25,511 bases of DNA from Candidatus Krumholzibacteriia bacterium (GCA_036351155.1 JAZBOO010000016.1:1-25511); one strand, 5' to 3'; shown: positions 1 through 10,018, numbered from the stretch's first letter. Translations and numbers: made by a program. The notes: a model not told the origin generated them from the sequence alone.

Positions 1-711
1 GGCGTACAGCTGTCCCTGGATGGCCCAGAAACCCGCCGTGATCAGAATCAGGGCCAGGAAACGCAGATTGCTCAGCGCCATCCACATGCCGGCCAGGGTT
101 TCGCCGATACTCTTGGCCTTGCCCACGCCGCTTTCCTTTTCGGGGAAATAGATCAAAGCCACGACGATCAAGGCCAGCAAAGACGCAGCCGCCGAGAAGT
201 AGGGCACCGTTTCGACGCCCATCTGGATCCGCAGCGGAGCCACGATGGTCTTGCCCGTGAAGGATCCGATATTCACCACCATGTAGAAGATGCTGAACGC
301 CCGGGCCCGATTGGCCTCCGTTGATGACTTGCTCACCGTACCGGTGATGACCGGTTTGACGATGGCCCCGCCGAGCACGATCAGGATCAGTCCCACCGCC
401 ACGGGAGCCATGGTGTGGAAAACCCCCAGCGTGCTGTAACCCACCGTCAGCAGGGCGAAGGCCATCATCAAGGCATTGCGGAATCCAATGCGGTCGGCCA
501 GGGCTCCGGTGAAAAATGGCACCAGATAGATCCAGCCGCCGAACATACCGGCCACCCAGCCGGCCTGGACATCGTCCAGACCCACCACGCGGATCAGATA
601 GGTGCGCAGGGCAATGAAGGTTCCGTAGTAGGCGGCGCGCTCGCATAGTTCGGCGGCATTGCCGGTCCAGAACATACGAGGAAAGCGCCAGGTTTGGACG
701 TCTTGGCTCAT
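1..711 (-). CDS. MFS transporter, POT/PTR proton-dependent oligopeptide family (3' end runs off the window)
   Basis: Not in the ORF track because it has no stop in the window. Manual translation from ATG 711 gives MSQDVQTWRFPRMFWTGNAAELCERAAYYG, with the POT ExxERxxYY motif. Hydrophobic helices follow, plus GGAIVKPVITG and RAFSIFYMVVNIGS. Confidence 0.88.
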   Translation of the reverse strand, partial: MSQDVQTWRFPRMFWTGNAAELCERAAYYGTFIALRTYLIRVVGLDDVQAGWVAGMFGGWIYLVPFFTGALADRIGFRNALMMAFALLTVGYSTLGVFHTMAPVAVGLILIVLGGAIVKPVITGTVSKSSTEANRARAFSIFYMVVNIGSFTGKTIVAPLRIQMGVETVPYFSAAASLLALIVVALIYFPEKESGVGKAKSIGETLAGMWMALSNLRFLALILITAGFWAIQGQLYA

Positions 712-765
712 GAAGCGTCTCCCGGGAGGGATGGTGGACATTCTCGGGCCGAAATAACCTCGGCA

Positions 766-794
766 AATGTAGGACATGGGCCCCGGATTGTTAA
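766..794 (-). promoter_or_regulatory. putative sigma70 promoter of the POT transporter
   Basis: Minus strand reads TTAACA-N17-TACATT, about 55 nt upstream of ATG 711. Confidence 0.5.
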
Positions 795-797
795 GGC

Positions 798-2342
798 TTA
801 ACCATTCAGGTAGAGCTCACCTCCCGGCCCCAGGGGCCATCCGGTCAGCAACCAGACCATCAGCAACACCGCCCAGGCCACCAGGAAAGCCATCGAATAA
901 GGCAACATGGTGGCAATGACCGAGCCGATCCCTGCGTTCTTGTCATAGCGCTGCAGAAAGGCCACGATCAACGCGAAGAAGGACATCATGGGCGAGATCA
1001 GATTGGTCGACGAGTCGCCGATCCGGTACACACCTTGCACCAGTTCCGGGGAATACCCCATCAGCATGAACATGGGGACGAAAACCGGGGCCATGAAGGC
1101 CCACTTGGCCGAAGCACTGCCCATCAACATGTTCAGGACGGCCGACAACAGGAGGAACGAGACCATCAGGGGAATGGGCCCCAGACCCGAAGACTGCAAC
1201 GACTCCGCCCCCTTGATGGCCAGAATCATGCCCAGATTCGTGAACTTGAAGTAGGCCACGAACTGCGAGGCGAAAAAGACCAGCACCATGAACAGGCCCA
1301 TGGTTTCCATGGCCTCCTTCATCCCCGTCACCACGTCGCCGTCGTTCTTGAAGGTACCGGCCCCGAAGCCATAGGCGATGCCCGCCAGAAATCCGCCCAG
1401 AAAGATGACCGTGACGATGCCGTGCATGAAAGGAGAGTGCAGGATATCGCCGGTGACCGGATCCCGCAGGAACCCTCCCTCGGGCAACAGTCCCCACAGG
1501 ATGACACCCAGGAGCGCCAGGTTCACGGCGGTTGCCCAGATGAGGCCGCGCATCTCGGAGGCTTTCAGCGGCCCCACGTCTTCGGTCTCATGATGACCGG
1601 GACCGTCGTAGGTGCCCAGGCGAGGCTCCACCAGTTTTTCGGTCACCCAGGTGCCCACGGCCGCCACCAGGAAGGTGCTGACCACCATGAAGTAGTAGTT
1701 GCAGGCAGGCGTGACCATGTACTCGGGATCGATGATCCGGGCCGCCTCCTGGGTGATCCCCGCCACCAGGGGGTCGATGGTTCCCAGCAGCAGGTTGGCG
1801 CTGAATCCCCCGGACACCCCGGCGAAGGCGGCGGCCAGGCCGGCAATGGGATGTCGTCCCACCGACAGGAAAATGATCGCTCCCATGGGTACCAGCAGAA
1901 CGTAACCCACGTCGCTGGCCATGTTGGACATGACTCCGGCAAACACCAGCACGAAGGTCAACAAGCGCGCCGGAGCGGCATGGACCAGCAGGCGCAGGAG
2001 CGTCCCGATCAGCCCACTTTTCTCGGCAACCCCGATGCCCATCAAGGCCACCAGAACGGTCCCCAGAGGGGCAAACCCGGTGAAATTTTCCACGGTGTTG
2101 TCCAGGATCCAGTGCAGCCCCTCAACGGACACCAGATTGATGGGCAGGACCAGCGAGCCGTCCTTGGGATTGACCGCCTCCAGGCCCAGTACACTGCTGA
2201 GCCAGGACAGGAATACGATGGACAGGGAGAAAATAGCAAACAAGGTGGCAGGATTGGGCAGGGCATTGCCGGCCCTTTCCACCGTGGTCAGAAACCGGTC
2301 GACCAGGGTCTTTTTTGGCGGAGAATGGCTTGCGGCGGTCAT
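798..2342 (-). CDS. abgT: AbgT family transporter (p-aminobenzoyl-glutamate transporter/YdaH-like)
   Basis: 514 aa polytopic membrane protein with AbgT signatures [51 protein letters not shown] and [14 protein letters not shown]. Confidence 0.92.
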   Translation of the reverse strand: MTAASHSPPKKTLVDRFLTTVERAGNALPNPATLFAIFSLSIVFLSWLSSVLGLEAVNPKDGSLVLPINLVSVEGLHWILDNTVENFTGFAPLGTVLVALMGIGVAEKSGLIGTLLRLLVHAAPARLLTFVLVFAGVMSNMASDVGYVLLVPMGAIIFLSVGRHPIAGLAAAFAGVSGGFSANLLLGTIDPLVAGITQEAARIIDPEYMVTPACNYYFMVVSTFLVAAVGTWVTEKLVEPRLGTYDGPGHHETEDVGPLKASEMRGLIWATAVNLALLGVILWGLLPEGGFLRDPVTGDILHSPFMHGIVTVIFLGGFLAGIAYGFGAGTFKNDGDVVTGMKEAMETMGLFMVLVFFASQFVAYFKFTNLGMILAIKGAESLQSSGLGPIPLMVSFLLLSAVLNMLMGSASAKWAFMAPVFVPMFMLMGYSPELVQGVYRIGDSSTNLISPMMSFFALIVAFLQRYDKNAGIGSVIATMLPYSMAFLVAWAVLLMVWLLTGWPLGPGGELYLNG

Positions 2343-2387
2343 CTGGGCTCAACTTTCCCTGGGGTTTTTGGCCATGATATTTGGCCC

Positions 2388-2416
2388 ATGATGAGGGAAT
2401 CTCCGCCGAGTGGCAA
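2388..2416 (-). promoter_or_regulatory. possible sigma70 promoter of abgT
   Basis: Minus strand reads TTGCCA-N17-CATCAT; the -10 match is weak. Confidence 0.3.
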
Positions 2417-2491
2417 GTCAGGGGACAACCGGAGTTTCCCCGGCCGAGGAATTTCCTATAAAAAAACCGGGAATTTATCTGACAAAATGTG

Positions 2492-2497
2492 TATAAT
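2492..2497 (+). promoter_or_regulatory. consensus -10 hexamer upstream of the Cys-rich protein gene
   Basis: Perfect TATAAT in an AT-rich patch about 65 nt before ATG 2562; no convincing -35. Confidence 0.4.
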
Positions 2498-2561
2498 TAT
2501 CGGGAGTAATCCTCAAGTCCATGTGTATTCAACCACTGCAACCCCTGGGGGGCCATTGAAC

Positions 2562-3086
2562 ATGACCACCAAATTGAATCTGTTTGTCGTTTTCGCCCTG
2601 GTGCTGGCTCTGATGGCCGGCGTGGCCGTGGCCGAAGACAAGGTCGCGCCCAAGAAGGCCGATTGTTCCAAGACCTGCGCCAAGACCTGTGATGCCAAGG
2701 CCGCAACCGCCCAGGCCGCGGTGGCCACTTCCGAGGGCAAGGCCGCTTGCAAGACCGCCGCTGGCACCAAGGCCTGCGCCGCCACCTGTGAGAAGGCCTG
2801 CGCCACCGCCTGTGCCGACAAGGCCGTGAAGGCCACCGCCGCTGTGGCCACCAAGGCTGCCGACATCGGCTGTGTGACGAGCTGTGGTCCCGCAGCTGCC
2901 GCCAATTGCGACGCGGCCAAGACTGCTGTGGCCAAGCCTGCCGTGGCCACCAAGGCCGCCGACAGCGCCTGCGTGAAGAGCTGTGGCGCCGAGGCTGCCG
3001 CCGCTTGTGCCACCGCCAAGAAGGCCTGCGACAGCAAGGCTTCCGAGGCCAAGGCTGACGCCAAGAAGGTCGCTTCCAAGAAGTAG
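2562..3086 (+). CDS. secreted low-complexity Cys/Ala/Lys-rich protein (174 aa, 15 Cys, CxxxC arrays)
   Basis: This is the 3' part of ORF 1035..3086. It starts MTTKLNLFVVFALVLALMAGVAVA, a Sec signal peptide with AxA site. Codon bias is strong (GCC/AAG), and it is followed by an intrinsic terminator. Confidence 0.8.
   Translation: MTTKLNLFVVFALVLALMAGVAVAEDKVAPKKADCSKTCAKTCDAKAATAQAAVATSEGKAACKTAAGTKACAATCEKACATACADKAVKATAAVATKAADIGCVTSCGPAAAANCDAAKTAVAKPAVATKAADSACVKSCGAEAAAACATAKKACDSKASEAKADAKKVASKK
2841..3008 (+). repeat. 99-nt-period (33 aa) intragenic duplication
   Basis: AVATKAADIGCVTSCGPAAAANC starting at 2841 matches AVATKAADSACVKSCGAEAAAAC starting at 2940. Confidence 0.75.
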
Positions 3087-3098
3087 GCTTCCTGGTCG

Positions 3099-3135
3099 AA
3101 AAAAAAGCCTCCGCTTCACGGCGGAGGCTTTTTTT
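3099..3135. terminator. bidirectional rho-independent terminator
   Basis: A8-GCCTCCGC-TTCACG-GCGGAGGC-T7 between convergent genes. Confidence 0.92.
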
Positions 3136-3157
3136 GTCATGAACGGTGACTCTCAGC

Positions 3158-3775
3158 CTACTGCGCGTACTTCACGCTGCAACCGTAGGGCGCGGTCTCG
3201 GCCACCTTCACGGCCTGTCCCTGCATCAGATCGTGCAAGGCCGCCAGGACATGGTTGGTTTCACCCAGCGTGGCGGCGGACCGGTTGTCATCGATGGCGC
3301 CGTTGTAGGCCACCTTGCCGTCGGGCGTGATGATGAACATGTGCGGCGTGGTCTTGGCACCGTAGGCCGTGCCCACCTTGCCCTCGGGATCCATCAGCAC
3401 CGGGAAAGGAATGGCGTAATCCTTCACCGCCTTGCGGTTCCTCTCCAGCCCGTGTCCCTGCTTGCCTTCGGCGTTGCTGTTGATGGCCAGCCAGACCACA
3501 TCGTTGTCCTTCACCCTGGCAAACGATTCGTTCATGGTCTTGTGCGTCTGGTGATGCTTGACGATGAACGGACAGTCGGGATTGAACCACTCCAGCACCA
3601 CCGTTTTTCCCTCGGCCAGGTAGTTCGAAAGGGTATGGGCCTGGCCTGCGGTATCGGTCAGGGTGAAATCGGCCGCTTCGTCGCCGGGAGCGGCCTTGGC
3701 CCAGGCCGACCCGGCCAGCATACCCACCGCCAGCACCGTCAAAATCGCACGGGTGATAAGCTTCTTCTTCATCAT
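3158..3775 (-). CDS. exported thioredoxin-fold/redoxin (AhpC-TSA-like, peroxiredoxin-like) protein
   Basis: Signal peptide, then GDEAADFTLTD, VVLEWFNPDCPF, YGAKTTPHMFII, YNGAIDD and C-terminal YGCSVKY. Start at ATG 3775 or 3772, with GGAGG upstream and a TGATG overlap with the upstream stop. Confidence 0.85.
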   Translation of the reverse strand: MMKKKLITRAILTVLAVGMLAGSAWAKAAPGDEAADFTLTDTAGQAHTLSNYLAEGKTVVLEWFNPDCPFIVKHHQTHKTMNESFARVKDNDVVWLAINSNAEGKQGHGLERNRKAVKDYAIPFPVLMDPEGKVGTAYGAKTTPHMFIITPDGKVAYNGAIDDNRSAATLGETNHVLAALHDLMQGQAVKVAETAPYGCSVKYAQ

Positions 3776-4590
3776 CAACCTCCAGGTTGAATATTTATGG
3801 TCCAATGGCGGGCGACCCCGCCGGACAGTTGTTGTTTCAGGATCCCTTTCAGCCTCGTCTGCCCCGCGACCGCTTTCCCCAGTTCCAGTTTCAATCGACC
3901 GGAATCGATTTCACCGTCTCTGACCAGGTCGGCCAGGGCCAGGCAATCCTGGTCTGGATAAAAGGCCAAACCCGTGGCATCCGCCACCTCGAGTTCCACC
4001 CAGCCGTCCGACCAGGTCATGGTGAGCGCGCCTTCGGGAGCCGGTACAGGGACAGCCGCCAGGGCCTTTTCAATGGTCGCGATTTCGGCGGACGGCGTGG
4101 TCTGCTCGGCCACGGTCAGCTTCAAGCTGGTCTTGGCCTGACCGGGTACACAGGCATCCTTGCAGGCCAGCCAGTCCACTTGCAGGGGAATAACCACCTG
4201 CGGACCCACCGCGGCAGATACGGGCACCTGGAGTTCCTGAACGAGCAAGAGCTGACCATGATAGACGTGATCCAGAATCCCTCCGGCCATCACATAGCGC
4301 TCCGGAGCAGGCCACTGCAGGGGGCCTGCCACCCAGCCGTCCGGCAAATCCAGACGAACCGAAGGAGGGAATCCCGAATCGTTCCGTCCAGGGCCATACA
4401 GGTGCCACTGGGGAGCCATGTCGAAACGCCACAGCAGCTGCAGCGTCTGGCCCGGCACCGCCTCCTGATGGGAAGTGGCGTGGGAAAAAGTGACCTGGGG
4501 AAGGGGTGCAGGAGTCGCCTGGTCCTCCGGCGGAGTTTCGCCGCAACCGATCAGCAACCACGCCAGCAAGGGCAAAAGAAGCAAGCGCAT
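3775..4590 (-). CDS. lipoprotein with DsbD/ScsB N-terminal (alpha) disulfide-reductase domain
   Basis: Start at 4590 gives MRLLLLPLLAWLLIGC (lipobox-like). Motifs WHLY, PGRNDSGFPP, LQWPAPER and WLACKDACVPG are typical of DsbD-N domains. Confidence 0.78.
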   Translation of the reverse strand: MRLLLLPLLAWLLIGCGETPPEDQATPAPLPQVTFSHATSHQEAVPGQTLQLLWRFDMAPQWHLYGPGRNDSGFPPSVRLDLPDGWVAGPLQWPAPERYVMAGGILDHVYHGQLLLVQELQVPVSAAVGPQVVIPLQVDWLACKDACVPGQAKTSLKLTVAEQTTPSAEIATIEKALAAVPVPAPEGALTMTWSDGWVELEVADATGLAFYPDQDCLALADLVRDGEIDSGRLKLELGKAVAGQTRLKGILKQQLSGGVARHWTINIQPGG

Positions 4591-4612
4591 GGAATCGATC
4601 CTTGGAATGTCG

Positions 4613-4993
4613 CTATCCCGCGCCGGAAAAAATCCACTCCTGGGTGTCGAAGCTGTAGCTCTTCTTCCCGCTCTGGAATACTTCCACCCGCAGGGGAACC
4701 ATGTCACCCTCATGGGGCAACGGAGCAGGCACAAGCAACTGAATTGTTGTGCTGTCCGCCAGCATGATCACCAGGGGGCGCATCCCGAAATCCGATTCTC
4801 CCGGCGCGGCGGGCTTCTCCCCCAGAACCTCCACCACCCGGCCTCGTTCCTGGGTGACCTCCAGCATCGGGTCACGGTCCCTCTGACATTTCATACCCCA
4901 CGCAATGAAGACGGCGGCCCAGATCAGGACCGCCGCCGACAGCGCGCGTGTGTTACGAAAAATGGTGGCCCACAGGTCAAGAAGACCGCGCAT
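4613..4993 (-). CDS. hypothetical protein with one N-terminal transmembrane helix
   Basis: 126 aa; fills the operon gap between guaB (9-nt gap) and the DsbD-domain gene; hydrophobic ALSAAVLIWAAVFIAWG followed by a beta-rich domain. Confidence 0.7.
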   Translation of the reverse strand: MRGLLDLWATIFRNTRALSAAVLIWAAVFIAWGMKCQRDRDPMLEVTQERGRVVEVLGEKPAAPGESDFGMRPLVIMLADSTTIQLLVPAPLPHEGDMVPLRVEVFQSGKKSYSFDTQEWIFSGAG

Positions 4994-5002
4994 CAGATGT
5001 CC

Positions 5003-6499
<1,497 letters not shown>

Positions 6500-7054
6500 C
6501 TACGCCTTCATGACGCCGATGAACGGCAGGTTCCGGTACTTCTCGTTGTAATCCAGGCCATACCCGATGACAAATTCGTTGGGGATTTCAAAACCTGGGT
6601 AATGGAGCGGAACATCCTTCTTGCGCGCAGGCTTCTTGTCCAGCAAGGCCGCCACGCGGATGCTGCGCGGATTCCGGGTTTCCAGCACCTCGATCAGGTT
6701 GGCAATGGTCAGCCCGGTGTCGATGATATCCTCGACCAGGATGATGTCCCGATTGGTGATGTTGGCCTTGAGGTCCTTGATGATCTTGACCACGCCGCTG
6801 CTCTCGGTGCCCCCGCCGTAGCTGCTGACCGCCATGAAATCCACCTCGTGATCGACGGCCACGCGCCGGGTCAGGTCGGCCAGGAAAGGATAGGCGCCCT
6901 TGAGGATGCACACGAAGATGGGTGTGCTGTCGCGGTAGTCGTTGCTGATCTCGGTGGCCAGTTCCTTGATGCGCAGCTGGATCTGGTCGGAGGAAATCAG
7001 GATCCGCTCGATGAACGGGTAGCGGGTCAAGTATTCCTGATCATTGAATGTCAC
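6500..7054 (-). CDS. hpt: hypoxanthine phosphoribosyltransferase
   Basis: CILKGA, VSSYG, PRPP motif IILVEDIIDTGLT, LLDK and FVIGYGLDYNEKYRNLP. Confidence 0.96.
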   Translation of the reverse strand: MTFNDQEYLTRYPFIERILISSDQIQLRIKELATEISNDYRDSTPIFVCILKGAYPFLADLTRRVAVDHEVDFMAVSSYGGGTESSGVVKIIKDLKANITNRDIILVEDIIDTGLTIANLIEVLETRNPRSIRVAALLDKKPARKKDVPLHYPGFEIPNEFVIGYGLDYNEKYRNLPFIGVMKA

Positions 7055-7075
7055 GGCGGGCCTCCGTCGGTGGGT

Positions 7076-7798
7076 TTAATCCTTGGTCTTGGCTTTTTTC
7101 TGGGCTTCGACCAGCTTCGCTTCCTGCAGCTGCCGATCGATGGCGCGCAGCCGGTTCCTCTCGGCAATGATGTCCTTGATCTTGGTGGAGATCAGGTCGA
7201 TGGCCACCGTGTTGTGGCCTCCTTCGGGGATGATCAGGTGCGCGTAGCGCTTGCTGGGCAGCACGAACTGCTGGTGCATGGGCCGCACAATGTCCAGATA
7301 CTGAGAAACCACCGATTCCATGCTGCGCCCGCGCTCCCGGGTATCCCGCAACAAACGGCGCAGCACGCGTTCGTCCGCGTCCACGTCGACGTACAACCGG
7401 ATATCCATCAGGTTCCGCAGAGGTTCCGATTCCAGCACCAGAATGCCTTCGACAAAGATGATGTCGGCCGGCACGAACCGCTCCACCCGATCCACACGGC
7501 TGTGGATGGCGTAGTCGTAAGCGGGGATGTCCACCGCCTGGCCCGCTTTCAGGAGCATCAGGTGCTCGACCAGCAGATCGGTCTCGAATGCCGCGGGGTG
7601 GTCGTAGTTGACCTGGGCCCGCTGCGCCTCGGACAGATGGCTGTTGTCGAAGTAGTAGGAATCGTGATGGATGATGCCGATGGTCTTGTCGGGGCAGGAT
7701 TCACGCACACGGTAGGCCACGGTGGTCTTGCCGGAGCCTGAACCACCGGCGACACCGATGATCACCGGTGCCAAGGGCTGCTGTATTGGTGCTTCCAT
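7076..7798 (-). CDS. udk: uridine kinase
   Basis: P-loop IGVAGGSGSGKTT, NYDHPAAF, IFVEGIL, RRLLRDTRERGRS and VRPMHQQFVLPSKRYAHLIIPEG. Start placed at ATG 7798, consistent with the promoter position. Confidence 0.95.
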   Translation of the reverse strand: MEAPIQQPLAPVIIGVAGGSGSGKTTVAYRVRESCPDKTIGIIHHDSYYFDNSHLSEAQRAQVNYDHPAAFETDLLVEHLMLLKAGQAVDIPAYDYAIHSRVDRVERFVPADIIFVEGILVLESEPLRNLMDIRLYVDVDADERVLRRLLRDTRERGRSMESVVSQYLDIVRPMHQQFVLPSKRYAHLIIPEGGHNTVAIDLISTKIKDIIAERNRLRAIDRQLQEAKLVEAQKKAKTKD

Positions 7799-7804
7799 TG
7801 GCGT

Positions 7805-7833
7805 AAAGTATCCGAGGGGATTTGTCCTGTCAA
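7805..7833 (-). promoter_or_regulatory. sigma70 promoter of the udk-hpt-guaB operon (predicted leaderless transcript)
   Basis: Perfect TTGACA (7833-7828), 17-nt spacer, TACTTT (7810-7805); the udk ATG starts 6 nt later. Confidence 0.75.
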
Positions 7834-7917
7834 CAAATCGGCGGTAGACGGGGAGCCGCACATGTAGAATATTTGAGCCAACATGGCGAATACAGGCCCG
7901 AACGACGGAGCAATCCC

Positions 7918-9198
7918 TTGACCGACAACCTCATCTCCCTGCTGGGTATATTCGTTCTGCTGGGGCTGGCCTGGCTGATGAGCAACAACCGGCGCCTGTT
8001 CCCCTGGCGCGTGGTGGGCTGGGGCATTGGCCTGCAGATGATCCTGGCCCTGATCCTGCTCAAAACCCCCTGGGGCACCGCAGTGTTCGGGGCCGCCCGC
8101 AACTTCGTCACCCGGCTGCTGGGCTTCACCGACGCCGGCACCAGCCTGCTGTGGGGCAATCTGTTCCGGACCAGCGAGGAAATCGTCGCCTACACCAACC
8201 CTGATGCCGGCTATTTTCAGGTGACCAACTCGATCACGGGCGAGCTGGTCCCCCTGGGCACCGTGTTCGTGATCCATATCTTGCCCACCATCATCTTCTT
8301 TTCCAGCCTGATGGCCCTGCTGTACCACCTGGGCGTGATGCAGAAGCTGATCGCCGGGGTGGCCTGGATCATGCGCAAGACCATGGGCACCAGCGGCAGC
8401 GAAACCCTCAGCTGCTCGGCCAATATTTTCGTGGGCCAGACCGAGGCCCCCTTCGTCATCAAGCCCTACCTTCCCACCATGACCAGCAGTGAGTTGATGG
8501 CGGTCATGGTCGGAGGATTCGCCACCGTGGCCGGCGGAGTGATGGCGGCCTATGTGCGGTTCGGGATCGACGCCGGGCACCTGCTGGCCGCCAGCGTGAT
8601 GTCGGCTCCCGCCGCCCTGGTGGTGGCCAAGATCATGTATCCCGAAACCGAGGAGTCCCACACCCGGGGAGACGTGACCCTGAAAATTCCCCGCGAGTAC
8701 TCCAACGTGCTGGACGCCGCCGCCGGTGGCGCCGGAGTGGGACTGCGGCTGGCGGCCAACGTGGGCGCCATGCTGCTGGCCTTCACCGCCCTGGTCGCCA
8801 TGATCAACTATGGCATGGGATTTCTGGGCACCTCGCTGCAGCAGGTTTTCGGCTGGGTTTTCTCCCCCATCGCCTGGGTCATGGGGGTGCCCTGGAGCGA
8901 GGCATCCACCTTCGGTAACCTGCTGGGCACGAAGATCGCCGTGAACGAGTTCCTGGGCTACATCGAGCTGGGCAAGGCCACCGCCGACGGGTCGCTATCT
9001 CCACGAAGCGTGGTCATCGGGACCTACGCACTGTGCGGGTTTGCCAACTTCAGCAGCATCGCCATCCAGATCGGCGGCATCGGCACCATCGCCCCGGAGC
9101 GCCGCAAGGATGTGGCGGCCCTGGGCCTGCGGGCCATGTTCGGCGGAGCTCTGGCTTCCTGGTTGACCGCTACCATTGCCGGGGTGTTGATCGGGTAG
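7918..9198 (+). CDS. NupC/CNT family concentrative nucleoside transporter
   Basis: LPTIIFFSSL, GTSGSETLSCSANIFVGQTEAP, GFATVAG, AASVMSAPAA, KIAVNEF and YALCGFANFSSIAIQIGG. TTG start at 7918 with GGAG at 7907-7910. Confidence 0.94.
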   Translation: MTDNLISLLGIFVLLGLAWLMSNNRRLFPWRVVGWGIGLQMILALILLKTPWGTAVFGAARNFVTRLLGFTDAGTSLLWGNLFRTSEEIVAYTNPDAGYFQVTNSITGELVPLGTVFVIHILPTIIFFSSLMALLYHLGVMQKLIAGVAWIMRKTMGTSGSETLSCSANIFVGQTEAPFVIKPYLPTMTSSELMAVMVGGFATVAGGVMAAYVRFGIDAGHLLAASVMSAPAALVVAKIMYPETEESHTRGDVTLKIPREYSNVLDAAAGGAGVGLRLAANVGAMLLAFTALVAMINYGMGFLGTSLQQVFGWVFSPIAWVMGVPWSEASTFGNLLGTKIAVNEFLGYIELGKATADGSLSPRSVVIGTYALCGFANFSSIAIQIGGIGTIAPERRKDVAALGLRAMFGGALASWLTATIAGVLIG

Positions 9199-9227
9199 TT
9201 GCCGGATTCCGTCGCTTGTGGTATCCT
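9199..9227 (+). promoter_or_regulatory. sigma70 promoter with extended -10 for the 9275 gene
   Basis: TTGCCG-N17-TATCCT, with TGTG at -17..-14. Confidence 0.6.
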
Positions 9228-9274
9228 ACCGCCCTTTCACGTTTGAGAATCAAGCTGAACAAGGGAGGGTATTC

Positions 9275-9997
9275 ATGAAATCTCTGATAACGATGGTGTT
9301 GGTTCTGGTTTTCGCGGTCTCGGCCGGCTTCGCCGCTGAACAGCCTCGGGTTCAATCCGAAGTCCTGTCCCCCACGGTGATCACCCTGCCCAGGGTACCG
9401 AATCCGGGCTGTGAAGTGGGCAATCTGGTGGATCCCGTTTTCAACTACGGCAACTGGATCATGGGTGGCGAAAAATACGCCTATCTGATCGACCCGATCA
9501 ACGAGGGCTGCTCCTGCGAGGACGGCTTCGTGCTGGAAACCGTGTACATGAGGATGCAGTTCGGACCTGAAGATGTTCCGGCGACCTTCGATGCCCGCGG
9601 AAGCCTGGCCGAGGCTGTCTGGGATCCCACCCGCGGGGTTTACGTGCCCGGCGAGATTTACTGCAGTGGACCTTTGTGGTCCATCACCGCCGATGTGGCC
9701 GGGCTCTACGACATTTTCGTGGATCTGGACGGCGGCTGTGGCTGCGCGGCCAACAACGAACCCTATTTCATCCTGTTCCAGCTGCCCAATGGGTTTGTCT
9801 GGTGGCCCGATGCCATGGAAGACGACACGCCCGAAGTGGGCCTCAGCTGGTACGACTCGGGGAACGGCTGGATGGATCTGGTGGCGGACTTCGGCTGGTG
9901 GGGAAACAACATCATGCACGCCGATGTGAATTGCTGCACCGATCCGGTCAGCAGTGAAGAGACGCCGTTCGGCCAGCTGAAGAGCTACTACCGATAG
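9275..9997 (+). CDS. secreted hypothetical protein (8 Cys) with C-terminal tail VSSEETPFGQLKSYYR
   Basis: GGAGG RBS, signal peptide MKSLITMVLVLVFAVSAGFA, its own promoter and terminator; no family recognised. Confidence 0.85.
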   Translation: MKSLITMVLVLVFAVSAGFAAEQPRVQSEVLSPTVITLPRVPNPGCEVGNLVDPVFNYGNWIMGGEKYAYLIDPINEGCSCEDGFVLETVYMRMQFGPEDVPATFDARGSLAEAVWDPTRGVYVPGEIYCSGPLWSITADVAGLYDIFVDLDGGCGCAANNEPYFILFQLPNGFVWWPDAMEDDTPEVGLSWYDSGNGWMDLVADFGWWGNNIMHADVNCCTDPVSSEETPFGQLKSYYR

Positions 9998-10018
9998 TTT
10001 CCTGGTGAGCAATCTGTC

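Noticed and set aside
1035..2561. N-terminal 509 codons of the 683-aa ORF
   Set aside because: This part is antisense to abgT. Only the portion from ATG 2562 has a signal peptide and coding-like bias.
2562..3086. A complete RiPP cluster around the Cys-rich protein
   Set aside because: No radical-SAM, DUF692, YcaO, LanM or peptidase-transporter gene is present in the window.
2513..3140. Minus-strand Ala/Leu- and Gly-rich ORFs (188 and 203 aa)
   Set aside because: They mirror the low-complexity plus-strand gene; the promoter, signal peptide and stop-terminator spacing favour the plus strand.
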